From Candidatus Nealsonbacteria bacterium RIFCSPLOWO2_01_FULL_38_120 (GTDB lineage: Bacteria; Patescibacteriota; Minisyncoccia; Minisyncoccales; GWA2-38-27): 41,462 bases of DNA. The stretch's first letter is position 1. Each line of letters begins with the position of its first letter. The translations under genes were made by a program, and so were the position numbers. Below, one piece after another: positions 8,277-16,001 of this stretch. The notes below the pieces were generated by a model. The model saw nothing but the letters and a program-made list of their open reading frames with translations. It was not told the DNA's origin and made no database searches. The DNA is taken from assembly GCA_001821475.1 (NCBI GenBank), contig MHMF01000036.1, forward strand, positions 1 to 41,462. The letters are read 5' to 3'.

Positions 8277-8454
8277 GCCGGAGTAACTCAGTTGGCAGAG
8301 TAGCTGTTCAGCCAGCCCCATTAGAAATGCCGATGTAGCTTAGTGGCAAAGCAGTGGTTTCGTAAACCACCGACGGCAGTTCGATTCTGCCCATCGGCTT
8401 AACGGCATTTCTAACGGGGTAAACAAGTCGCGAGTTTGATCCTCGCCTTCGGCT
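8277..8454 (+). other. tRNA-like acceptor/D-arm and T-arm/acceptor halves enclosing tRNA-Thr
   Basis: GCCGGAG-TA-ACTC-AGTTGGCA-GAGT at 8277-8301 and GCGAG-TTTGATC-CTCGC-CTTCGGC-T at 8430-8454 form a 7-bp acceptor stem (one G.U) plus D and T arms. I could not fold a canonical anticodon arm. Confidence 0.4.
8329..8399 (+). tRNA. tRNA-Thr (CGT)
   Basis: Acceptor GCCGATG/CATCGGC, D arm GCTT-AGTGGCA-AAGC, anticodon arm GTGGT-TTCGTAA-ACCAC, T arm GGCAG-TTCGATT-CTGCC. Confidence 0.9.
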
Positions 8455-8501
8455 TTGGACATGGTTTTCGCGTTAGCGGAGGCCTTTTTCTATTATTTTC
8501 T

Positions 8502-8529
8502 TTGATATTTCAAGGAATTATGGTAAATT
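8502..8529 (+). promoter_or_regulatory. candidate sigma70-type promoter with extended -10 upstream of prfB
   Basis: TTGATA, a 16-nt spacer ending in TGG, then TAAATT. By eye only. Confidence 0.3.
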
Positions 8530-8567
8530 AAAATTAAGACAACCAAAAATAAGTAACGCCATTAGGT

Positions 8568-9672
8568 ATGGAGAAAGATGATATTAAAATTGAAGATTTG
8601 GAAAGACGACTCTATCATCTGATGGACCGGCTTTGAGTTTTCTGAAAATAAGGAAAAATTAAAAGAGCTGGAAAAGGAATCGCAGAATCCAAATTTTTGG
8701 CTGAACCGGGAAAGGGCGGGCAAGGCAAGCCAGGAAATTTCTGAGTTCAGAGAAACAACAAGCGGGTTTGAAAGAATTAAACAAGAACTAAAAGAATTAA
8801 AAGAGCTTGAAACATTGGCAGAAGAAGATGATGGCTTGGCGAGCGAAGTTCAGGATAAGATAATTATTTTGGAAAAAGAAATAAAAAATCAAGAGGCAAA
8901 AGTTTTTCTTTCAGGCAAGTATGATAAGAATAACGCTATTTTGGAAATATTTTCCGGAGCGGGCGGGGTTGACGCGCAGGATTGGGCAACAATGATTTTG
9001 AGAATGTATCAGAGATATTGCGAGGAAAAAGAATTTGATGTTAATGTTTTGCATCAGTCGTTCGGCGAAGCGGGTGGGCCAGAAGGAAGAATCGGCGTAA
9101 AATCCGCCACCTTGGAAATAAAGGGGAGGTACGCTTACGGGTTTCTGAAAAAAGAAACAGGAGTGCACCGTTTGGTAAGGTTGTCTCCGTTTTCAGCCAA
9201 GAAACTGCGCCATACTTCTTTTGCTTTGGTTGAGGTTATGCCTGAGCTTGACAGGGAGGAGGAGCAAGAAATTAAGATTAAGCCGGAAGAAATAAAAATT
9301 GATTTTTACAGGGCCTCGGGACCAGGAGGTCAAAATGTGAATAAAAGGGAATCAGCTGTAAGGATTACTCATTTGCCGACTGGAATCGCGGCGAGCTGTC
9401 AGATGGAGAGAACGCAGGGTAAAAACCGGGAAATGGCGCTTAAAATTATTTGCGCTAAGCTTTATCAAGTTAGAGAAGAGGGATGGTTAAAGGAAATAAA
9501 AGAAGTAAAGGGGGATAGGATTTCGGCGAGTTGGGGAAATCAGATAAGGTCTTATGTTTTGCATCCGTATAAAATGGTGAAGGATTTGAGAACAGGGGTT
9601 GAAACATCGGATGTGGAAGCGGTGTTAGACGGGAAATTAGAAGAATTTATAGAAGCGGAAATAAAAACATAA
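8568..9672 (+). CDS. prfB: peptide chain release factor 2, programmed +1 frameshift (join 8568..8633, 8635..9672)
   Basis: Frame 0 runs MEKDDIKIEDLERRLYHLMDRL then CTT TGA at 8631-8636. The +1 frame continues EFSENKEKLKELEKESQNPNFW.. into the track ORF. SPF (RLSPFSA) and GGQ (SGPGGQNVNK) motifs are present. Confidence 0.9.
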
Positions 9673-9696
9673 CAGGAATATTTTCCATTATAAATT

Positions 9697-9827
9697 TGAA
9701 TTATGAATCAGGAATTATGAATTAATAATAATTGCCCCTTCCTCAATCCTCCCCCAAGCGCTCAACGAATTTGAGCATTATGGGGAGGAGGGGTGGGGGG
9801 AATTCTTAATTCCAAATTCATAATTCA
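9697..9827. repeat. triple-nested palindromic intergenic element
   Basis: Outer arms TGAATTATGAAT / ATTCATAATTCA. Middle arms CCCCTTCCTCAATCCTCCCC / GGGGAGGAGGGGTGGGGGG. Inner arms GCTCAA-CGAAT-TTGAGC. Confidence 0.8.
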
Positions 9828-9833
9828 GTTTTG

Positions 9834-10529
9834 ATGCTTTGTTTTAAGAATATAATCAAAAATTATCCGTCCCGTTCGGGCAATGAATTGGCTGTTGCTT
9901 TAGACGATGTTTCGTTTGAAGTGAAAGAAAAAGAGTTTGTTTCAATAGTGGGCAAATCCGGAGCTGGGAAAACAACTTTATTGCGGCTGGCTATCGCCCA
10001 AGAGTCGCCTACAACAGGCCAGGTTTTTTTTCAAGGCAGGGATGTGCATAAAATAAAAAAATCTCAGATTCCGAAATTACGCCAGAGAATTGGGGTTGTT
10101 TTCCAGGATTATAAACTGTTTGCTTCAAAAAATACTTTTGAGAATGTGGCGTATATAATGGAGATAACAGGAGCGGAAGATAAAGAAATAAAACGCGATG
10201 TTCCGCAGATTTTAAATATTGTGGGGTTGTCTAGCAGGGAGCGCAATTTTCCAAACGAGCTTTCCGGAGGAGAAAAACAGCGGCTGGCAATCGCCAGAGC
10301 GCTTATCCATAGGCCGGAAATAATTTTAGCAGATGAACCGACTGGAAATTTAGACCCTTATAATACTTTTGGAATTATCCGTCTTTTGGTAAAAATTTAC
10401 GAATCCGGGACGACTGTTGTTTTAGCTACCCATGACAGGGAAGTCATCAACACTTTGGGTAAAAGAGTAATAACATTAGACGGAGGAAAAGTTGTTAGAG
10501 ATGAAGAGCGAGGAAGATTTGTTTTATAA
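9834..10529 (+). CDS. ftsE: cell division ATP-binding protein FtsE
   Basis: Walker A GKSGAGKTTLL, ABC signature LSGGEKQR, Walker B ILADEPTGNLD. Followed by ftsX. Confidence 0.9.
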   Translation: MLCFKNIIKNYPSRSGNELAVALDDVSFEVKEKEFVSIVGKSGAGKTTLLRLAIAQESPTTGQVFFQGRDVHKIKKSQIPKLRQRIGVVFQDYKLFASKNTFENVAYIMEITGAEDKEIKRDVPQILNIVGLSSRERNFPNELSGGEKQRLAIARALIHRPEIILADEPTGNLDPYNTFGIIRLLVKIYESGTTVVLATHDREVINTLGKRVITLDGGKVVRDEERGRFVL

Positions 10530-10553
10530 ATCAGAAACTTAAAACTTAAAATT

Positions 10554-11462
10554 ATGTTTATTTCCTTAAAACGAGTAATCAAAGCGGGTTGGAAAAATTT
10601 TGTTCATAATATTGGTCTTAATTCAGCGGCTATTTTTATTACGGCAATGGTTATTTCTTTAATATCTTTTCTTTTTATTTTAGCGGCCGCTTCCCAAATT
10701 TTAATTTCTAATGTCCAGGAAAAAATAGATGTTTCTGTTTATTTCAAAGAAGATGTTTCGTCGGAAAATATTTTGCAGGCAAAATCAGAAATCTCCGGCT
10801 TGCCGGAAGTAAAAAATGTAAGCTATGTGTCAAAAGAACAAGCGCTGGAGGATTTTGTTCAAAAGCACAAAGACGACCCTGTTTTAATGGAATCTTTAAC
10901 GGAAATAGGGTATAACCCTTTCTTGTCGTATCTTAATATTGAAGCCGAGCAAGCGCAAAATTACGAACAGATCGCATATTATTTAAAAAATGGAGAATTT
11001 GAAGATTTAATTGACAGCGTTGATTATAATCAGAGAAAAGAAGTTATTGATAAGGTTTTTTCAATAACTTCGGTGATAAATAAAATAGGAATTATTTTCA
11101 GCATTGTCTTGGGCTCGGTTGCGGTTTTGGTTATTTTTAATACTATAAAAATAGCCATTGCCGGTTCTGGCGAAGAAATATCAACTATGCGCTTGGTGGG
11201 CGCTTCAAATTGGTTTGCGAAAGGTCCTTTTCTAATTCAGGGCTTAATCGTAGGTATAGGGGCTTTTATTCTCGCTTTTATAGTTATATTATCTGTTTGC
11301 TGGAGCATAGACATTAAAATGCAATCAATTATTCCGTCAGTCGGCGCCTTTAATCTGCTCGTCAGCAATATCTGGCTCGTCTTGTTAATCCAGTTTTTGA
11401 CGGGAGTGTGTTTGTCGTCCGCATCCGCCGTAATCGCCATAGGAAAATATTTGAAAGTTTAG
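10554..11462 (+). CDS. ftsX: cell division permease FtsX
   Basis: N-terminal TM helix, extracytoplasmic domain, then three C-terminal TM helices. Sits immediately downstream of ftsE. Confidence 0.85.
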   Translation: MFISLKRVIKAGWKNFVHNIGLNSAAIFITAMVISLISFLFILAAASQILISNVQEKIDVSVYFKEDVSSENILQAKSEISGLPEVKNVSYVSKEQALEDFVQKHKDDPVLMESLTEIGYNPFLSYLNIEAEQAQNYEQIAYYLKNGEFEDLIDSVDYNQRKEVIDKVFSITSVINKIGIIFSIVLGSVAVLVIFNTIKIAIAGSGEEISTMRLVGASNWFAKGPFLIQGLIVGIGAFILAFIVILSVCWSIDIKMQSIIPSVGAFNLLVSNIWLVLLIQFLTGVCLSSASAVIAIGKYLKV

Positions 11463-11497
11463 CGATTTTCGTTTAGAAATGTGGGTAGTTTTATTAT

Positions 11498-11568
11498 TGC
11501 GGGGTAGTGTAATGGTAGCACGTCACGCTCTGGACGTGAAAATTTAGGTTCGAATCCTAACCCCGCAG
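11498..11568 (+). tRNA. tRNA-Gln (CTG)
   Basis: Acceptor TGCGGGG/CCCCGCA (U1:A72, as in Gln tRNAs), anticodon arm TCACG-CTCTGGA-CGTGA, T arm TTAGG-TTCGAAT-CCTAA. Confidence 0.85.
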
Positions 11569-11633
11569 CAGCGAAAATAAACTTAATTCAAGGTAATTTA
11601 ATAAAAAATCGGAGTTGATATTGTTTTTATAAT

Positions 11634-12326
11634 ATGGAAAATCTTAAAAAACCATTTGTATTTTTATGCGCCGGAATGTCTTTAGACGGAAAATTGAGTA
11701 ATTATAAAAAAGAATGTTCCGCTATCTCAAGCGATAATGACAGAAAAATGCTTTACGATTATCGCGTTATTGCAGATGCCGTGATGATTGGTGGGAATAC
11801 ATTGCAATTAGATGATTCTGGTTTAACGACAAAAAGCGTAGAAAGACAAAATAAGAGAGTTAAGTTGGGTAAATCGTCAGAGCCGATGAAGGTGTCTGTT
11901 ATATCAGACGCCAATAATTTAAAAACCAGCGGCGATTTTTTTAACAAAGGAAATGGAAAAAGAGTAATTTTTACGACAAAGAAAACATTGCAGAAAAAAA
12001 TAGACGAAATAAAAAAGAAAGCGAAAGTTTTTATTTTAGGGGATAATTGGGTAGATCTTAAAAAGGCATTAGAAATTCTTTATGAATTAGGAGTTAAAAA
12101 ATTAATGGTTGAAGGCGGCGGTACTCTTATTTATGAATTATTAAAAGATGATTTAATAGACGAAATTAATCTCAAAATAGGAGATTTGATTATTGGCGGA
12201 AAAAACACCGTAACTTTATGCGATGGGGAAGGATTTGACAAGCTAAATGTTAAAAAAGTTAAATTTGTTAAAATAACCAAAAAACCAAATTTTTTGATAT
12301 TAAAAGCAAAAATTATAAAGAATTAG
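11634..12326 (+). CDS. RibD C-terminal-domain / DHFR-fold reductase family protein
   Basis: CAGMSLDGKLS, ADAVMIGGNTL and KLMVEGGGTLIYELLKDDLIDEI are typical of the RibD_C reductase fold. Confidence 0.7.
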   Translation: MENLKKPFVFLCAGMSLDGKLSNYKKECSAISSDNDRKMLYDYRVIADAVMIGGNTLQLDDSGLTTKSVERQNKRVKLGKSSEPMKVSVISDANNLKTSGDFFNKGNGKRVIFTTKKTLQKKIDEIKKKAKVFILGDNWVDLKKALEILYELGVKKLMVEGGGTLIYELLKDDLIDEINLKIGDLIIGGKNTVTLCDGEGFDKLNVKKVKFVKITKKPNFLILKAKIIKN

Positions 12327-12350
12327 AACTGACGCTATTTCATAAGTTTT

Positions 12351-13097
12351 ATGAAAATTATATTTTTAGGGGTAGGGGAGGCGTTTGATGAAAATTTGCC
12401 CAATAATTCTCAATTAGTTATGTCTGGCAAGATAAACTTGCTTTTGGATTGCGGATTTACAGTTCCCCAGCAAATTTGGAAATACAGCCAAGATAAAAAT
12501 TTATTAGACGCTATTTATATTAGCCACCAGCACGGAGACCATTTTTGTGGCCTGCCCGCTTTGCTTGTAAGAATGTGGGAGGAGGGAAGGAAAAAATATT
12601 TAACGATTATCTGCCAGAAAAATTTCAAAGAAAAATTCAAGGAGTTTATGGATTTTGTTTATTTTGGATTTATGGATAAGTTTGATTATAAAATAAATTT
12701 AATTGAAGCCAGAGAAGGGGAAAAGATGGAATTTCAGGGTTTAAATTTATTTTTTGAAAAAACCAACCATTCTGCAGAAAATTTGGCGATAAAAGTAAAC
12801 GACGGAAAAAATATTTTTTGTTATAGCGGGGACGGATCTCCGAAAGAGAAAAGCGAGTTTTATAAAAATACCGATCTAGCTATTTTGGAAACATATCTAT
12901 ATGATGTGAATAAAATCGGCCATTCATCAGTCATCGGAGCAACAAAATTCGTTCAAAAAAATAATATTAAATGTTTGGCGCTTACGCACTTAAACAGGGA
13001 TTTGAGAAGAAACGAATTAACCGTGTTAAAAGATAAGATAAAAAACAATAAAGTTAAAATTATAATTCCCGAGCCGTTTGAAGAATATAATTTTTGA
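12351..13097 (+). CDS. MBL-fold metallo-hydrolase (RNase Z-like)
   Basis: HQHGDHFCG (the HxHxDH zinc motif), with downstream SGDG and THL blocks. Confidence 0.75.
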   Translation: MKIIFLGVGEAFDENLPNNSQLVMSGKINLLLDCGFTVPQQIWKYSQDKNLLDAIYISHQHGDHFCGLPALLVRMWEEGRKKYLTIICQKNFKEKFKEFMDFVYFGFMDKFDYKINLIEAREGEKMEFQGLNLFFEKTNHSAENLAIKVNDGKNIFCYSGDGSPKEKSEFYKNTDLAILETYLYDVNKIGHSSVIGATKFVQKNNIKCLALTHLNRDLRRNELTVLKDKIKNNKVKIIIPEPFEEYNF

Positions 13098-13160
13098 GTC
13101 AGTTTTTAATGGCGAGATCTATTTGTTTGTGTTGGCATTCATCTCTGCGCAAACAAAAAT

Positions 13161-13188
13161 TTGCAAAAAATTTTGGGTTTGCTATTAT
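13161..13188 (+). promoter_or_regulatory. candidate promoter far upstream of atpB
   Basis: TTGCAA, 16-nt spacer, TATTAT. If used, the repeat block at 13203-13624 would be part of the atp leader. Confidence 0.25.
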
Positions 13189-13202
13189 ATACCCTGAAGC
13201 GA

Positions 13203-13624
13203 ACTAGTTATATTTTTATTTTGGCTACGCCTTTGCAAAACTGTGTGACTGCCAGATAGTCACAAGATTGTTACTATCTGGCAGTCATACAATTTTTGCT
13301 TCGGCTCGCACATACCTCCCGCAAAGATAACTTTCCGCAACGAAATTTAATAATTTTGAAGCGAAAATTTGATAGAACGAGGAAGCATATCTAATGGATA
13401 TGCTTACGAGTTATAGGAAATTTATAGCCAGAATTATTAAATTGCGGTAGAAATGGTTATCTTTGCAAAAGGTTTAAAACCAAAACAAAATATCTATGAT
13501 ATAATTGGGTCGCTCGCTCGGAAGAGGAAAATCTACGCTCGTCAGAATGAAAATAAATTTTCATTCTTCCTCGCTTGCTTTTCCTCTTCCTCTCTCGCTC
13601 ACCAATTATAGTCCGGAAGGAATT
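13203..13624. repeat. left copy of the atpBE-flanking inverted repeat, split by a 221-bp nested-palindrome block
   Basis: 13203-13240 plus 13462-13624 equals the reverse complement of 14702-14893, with about 5 mismatches by eye. TTTGCAAAA is present at both junctions (13232-13240 and 13462-13470). Confidence 0.9.
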
Positions 13625-13678
13625 CCACAATTCAAAGTATTTAAAATTTAATTTTTAAAAATAGAAATATAAGGTTGT

Positions 13679-14410
13679 ATGCAGGAAATATCATTGAGGG
13701 CGGAGGAAATTTTTAAAGTCGGAAACTACGCCATTACTAATGGCTTATTTTTATCCTTTATAGCGCTTTTGATTTTATCCGTCTTTGCATGGAAATTCAA
13801 AAAGAATATAAAATCCGTTCCAGACATTATCCAAAATATCGCTGAATTTTTGATTGAGTCTCTGCTTTCCCTGATGGATTCTGTTTTTTTAGACAGAAAA
13901 AAATCAGAGAAGTATCTGCCACTGATCGCCACGATTTTTATTTTTATTCTAGTTTCCAATTGGCTTGGATTGCTTCCGGGGGTAGGTTCATTTATTTTAC
14001 ATAAAGAAGAGGGGAGTATTCCATTGCTGAGATCTCCGGCAAGCGATCTTAATTTTACTCTCGCTCTGGCAATAATCGCCATTTTGTCAACTAATTTTTT
14101 CGGGGTTGCGGCGCTTGGTTTTCTTATGCATATCAAAAAATTTTTCAATTTTTCAAATCCGATAAAATTTTTTGTGGGCATATTGGAGCTTTTGTCTGAA
14201 TTTTCCAGAATGATTTCATTTTCTTTCCGGTTGTTCGGCAATGTTTTTGCGGGAGAGGTTCTTTTAACGATTGTGTTTTTCCTAGCGCCATATATTGCGC
14301 CAATTCCGTTTTTATTTCTGGAAATGTTTTTCGGAGCGATACAGGCCTTGATTTTCGCGATGCTTACTTTGGTTTTCCTGTCAATACACACGGCGATGGA
14401 GGAACATTAA
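13679..14410 (+). CDS. atpB: F0F1 ATP synthase subunit a
   Basis: Polytopic. FSFRLFGNVFAGEVLL contains the conserved Arg of subunit a. First gene of the atp operon. Confidence 0.9.
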   Translation: MQEISLRAEEIFKVGNYAITNGLFLSFIALLILSVFAWKFKKNIKSVPDIIQNIAEFLIESLLSLMDSVFLDRKKSEKYLPLIATIFIFILVSNWLGLLPGVGSFILHKEEGSIPLLRSPASDLNFTLALAIIAILSTNFFGVAALGFLMHIKKFFNFSNPIKFFVGILELLSEFSRMISFSFRLFGNVFAGEVLLTIVFFLAPYIAPIPFLFLEMFFGAIQALIFAMLTLVFLSIHTAMEEH

Positions 14411-14444
14411 AAGGTCGTTAATAAAAATTAAAAATCAAAATTAT

Positions 14445-14675
14445 ATGGATGCAGAAACAATAAATTTTATAGCCATTGCCGTGATAATGAGTTTTGGGGT
14501 GGTTGGTCCGGCATTTGCTATCGGCAAAATCGGTTCGTCGGCGTTAAGGGGCATAAGCAGAAATCCGGAGGCGTCCTCAAAAATACAAACAAGCATGGTT
14601 TTAGCGATTGCTTTTGCCGAGGCCTTGGGCATTTACGCGTTAGTCGTATCGCTTATTCTTAAATTCGTCGCTTAG
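14445..14675 (+). CDS. atpE: F0F1 ATP synthase subunit c
   Basis: 76-aa two-helix hairpin with RGISRNPEA loop and AFAEALGIYALVV carrying the carboxylate Glu. Confidence 0.9.
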   Translation: MDAETINFIAIAVIMSFGVVGPAFAIGKIGSSALRGISRNPEASSKIQTSMVLAIAFAEALGIYALVVSLILKFVA

Positions 14676-14701
14676 TCGTTGTTACATACCTTGAACTACG
14701 A

Positions 14702-14893
14702 AATTCCTTTCGGACTATAATTGGCGAGCGAGAGAGGAAGAGGAAAAGCAAGCGAGGAAGAATGAAAATTTATTTTCATTCTGACGAGCGTAGATTTTCC
14801 TTTTCCGAGCGAGCGACCCAATTATATCATAGATATTTTGTTTTGGTTTCAAGCCTTTTGCAAAGGCGTAGCCAAAATAAAAATATAACTAGT
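14702..14893. repeat. right (uninterrupted) copy of the atpBE-flanking inverted repeat
   Basis: Reverse complement of 13203-13240 plus 13462-13624. It is itself an imperfect palindrome centred on GAATGAAAATTTATTTTCATTC. Confidence 0.9.
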
Positions 14894-14927
14894 TGAAGAA
14901 ATTTCTCAATTCAAGGTATAAATATAA

Positions 14928-15437
14928 ATGGGAGAATTTCTCAGCCAATTCGGAATCAGCTGGAAACTTCTTTTGAGCCAGCTTATAAATTTCGCCTTAA
15001 TCTTAATCGTATTAAGGATTTTTATTTACAAACCTTTGCTTAATGTTTTGAAAGAGAGAAGGGAAAAAATAGAAAAAGGATTGATGAAGGCGGAAGAATG
15101 CGATGTCCGCCTAAAAGAAGTGGATGAAATGGCGAAAGGAAAACTAAGAGAAGTTGACGAAAGATGCGTTATTTTATTATCGCAAACCGATGCCAGAAAA
15201 AAGCAATTAGAAGCAGAAATTATTTTAAAAGCCAAACAAAAAGAAGAGGAATTGCTCAAAATGGCGGAAATAATGGCAGATAGCCGAAAAAAGGAAATGT
15301 ATGAAGGATTAAAGATGGAGGCTGGTCAGATTATCCGTTCCGTAATAGCCAAAGCCATTAAAGATGAGCCGGAACAGATTGATGAAAAATTAATCAAAAA
15401 AACGGTAGATGCGCTGGTTAAAGATTTTCGTGACTAA
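14928..15437 (+). CDS. atpF: F0F1 ATP synthase subunit b
   Basis: One N-terminal TM helix followed by a long charged helix. Positioned between c and delta. Confidence 0.85.
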   Translation: MGEFLSQFGISWKLLLSQLINFALILIVLRIFIYKPLLNVLKERREKIEKGLMKAEECDVRLKEVDEMAKGKLREVDERCVILLSQTDARKKQLEAEIILKAKQKEEELLKMAEIMADSRKKEMYEGLKMEAGQIIRSVIAKAIKDEPEQIDEKLIKKTVDALVKDFRD

Positions 15438-15440
15438 ATT

Positions 15441-15558
15441 TTTAAATTTTAAAACGAAAATTTGATAAAACGAGGAAGGCTTATAAACGAAGCGATAAGC
15501 CGACGAGTTTTAGCGGATTTGCAGTTAAAATATAGAAATTGCCGTAGAAAAATTTTTA
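15441..15558. repeat. palindromic element between atpF and atpH, same family as 13341-13458
   Basis: CGAAAATTTGATAAAACGAGGAAG..CGACGAGTTTTAGCGGATTT..AAATTGCCGTAGAAA parallels CGAAAATTTGATAGAACGAGGAAG..TTACGAGTTATAGGAAATTT..AAATTGCGGTAGAAA. The central hairpin differs. Confidence 0.75.
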
Positions 15559-15593
15559 ATCAGCGCGTCTATTAATGATCTTGGAAAAAGAAA

Positions 15594-15983
15594 ATGAATT
15601 GCAATATTAAAATATACGCAATAGCTTTTTGCGAAGCGGCAATGAGCGCAAAAAGCAAAAGCGACGTGGATAGATGCATAAAAAATCTTTTAGTTTTAGT
15701 TGAGGCGAATAGAGATCAAAAAAAACTTAAAGATATTTTTTCATCCGTGGAAAAAATAATCAGCCGTAAAACCGGGCATAGGAAGATTACAATAGAAAGC
15801 GCGAGGCAATTAAGCCATGCTAACGAAAAAAGAATCAAGAGCTTAATAAAACCGACAGACCGGGTTGAAAAAAAAATAGATAGTCGCTTGATTGCCGGCG
15901 TTAAAATAAATATAGATGATGAATTTCAATTAGACGGGTCTTTCGCGACAAAAATAAAAAATATATTAAATTTGCCTTGTTAG
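15594..15983 (+). CDS. atpH: F0F1 ATP synthase subunit delta (short form)
   Basis: C-terminus LIAGVKINIDDEFQLDGSFATKIKNI matches the delta/OSCP C-terminal block. Operon position fits. Only 129 aa. Confidence 0.7.
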   Translation: MNCNIKIYAIAFCEAAMSAKSKSDVDRCIKNLLVLVEANRDQKKLKDIFSSVEKIISRKTGHRKITIESARQLSHANEKRIKSLIKPTDRVEKKIDSRLIAGVKINIDDEFQLDGSFATKIKNILNLPC

Positions 15984-16001
15984 AATAAAAAACTTAAAAC
16001 A

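Noticed and set aside
8277-8454. The outer tRNA-like scaffold as a tmRNA (the tRNA-like domain split by an insert).
   Set aside because: There is no G3.U70 alanine identity pair (3:70 is C-G), no tag-peptide ORF with a resume codon, and it is only about 178 nt. The insert is a normal tRNA-Thr.
13726-14391. A 221-aa minus-strand ORF. There are many other antisense track ORFs, e.g. 7778-8170, 17178-17645, 34129-34494 and 36811-37329.
   Set aside because: They lie fully antisense to strongly supported genes (atpB, the ftsB-like gene, atpA/atpG, the giant ORF). Their translations are low-complexity. They are shadow ORFs typical of AT-rich DNA.
13203-14893. The idea that the element-encoded invertase-like recombinase (39008-39532) flips the atpBE segment.
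   Set aside because: This is pure speculation. The repeats are 192-bp homology arms rather than short recombinase sites, and nothing in the sequence links the two loci. It is kept only as a test suggestion under the repeat finding.
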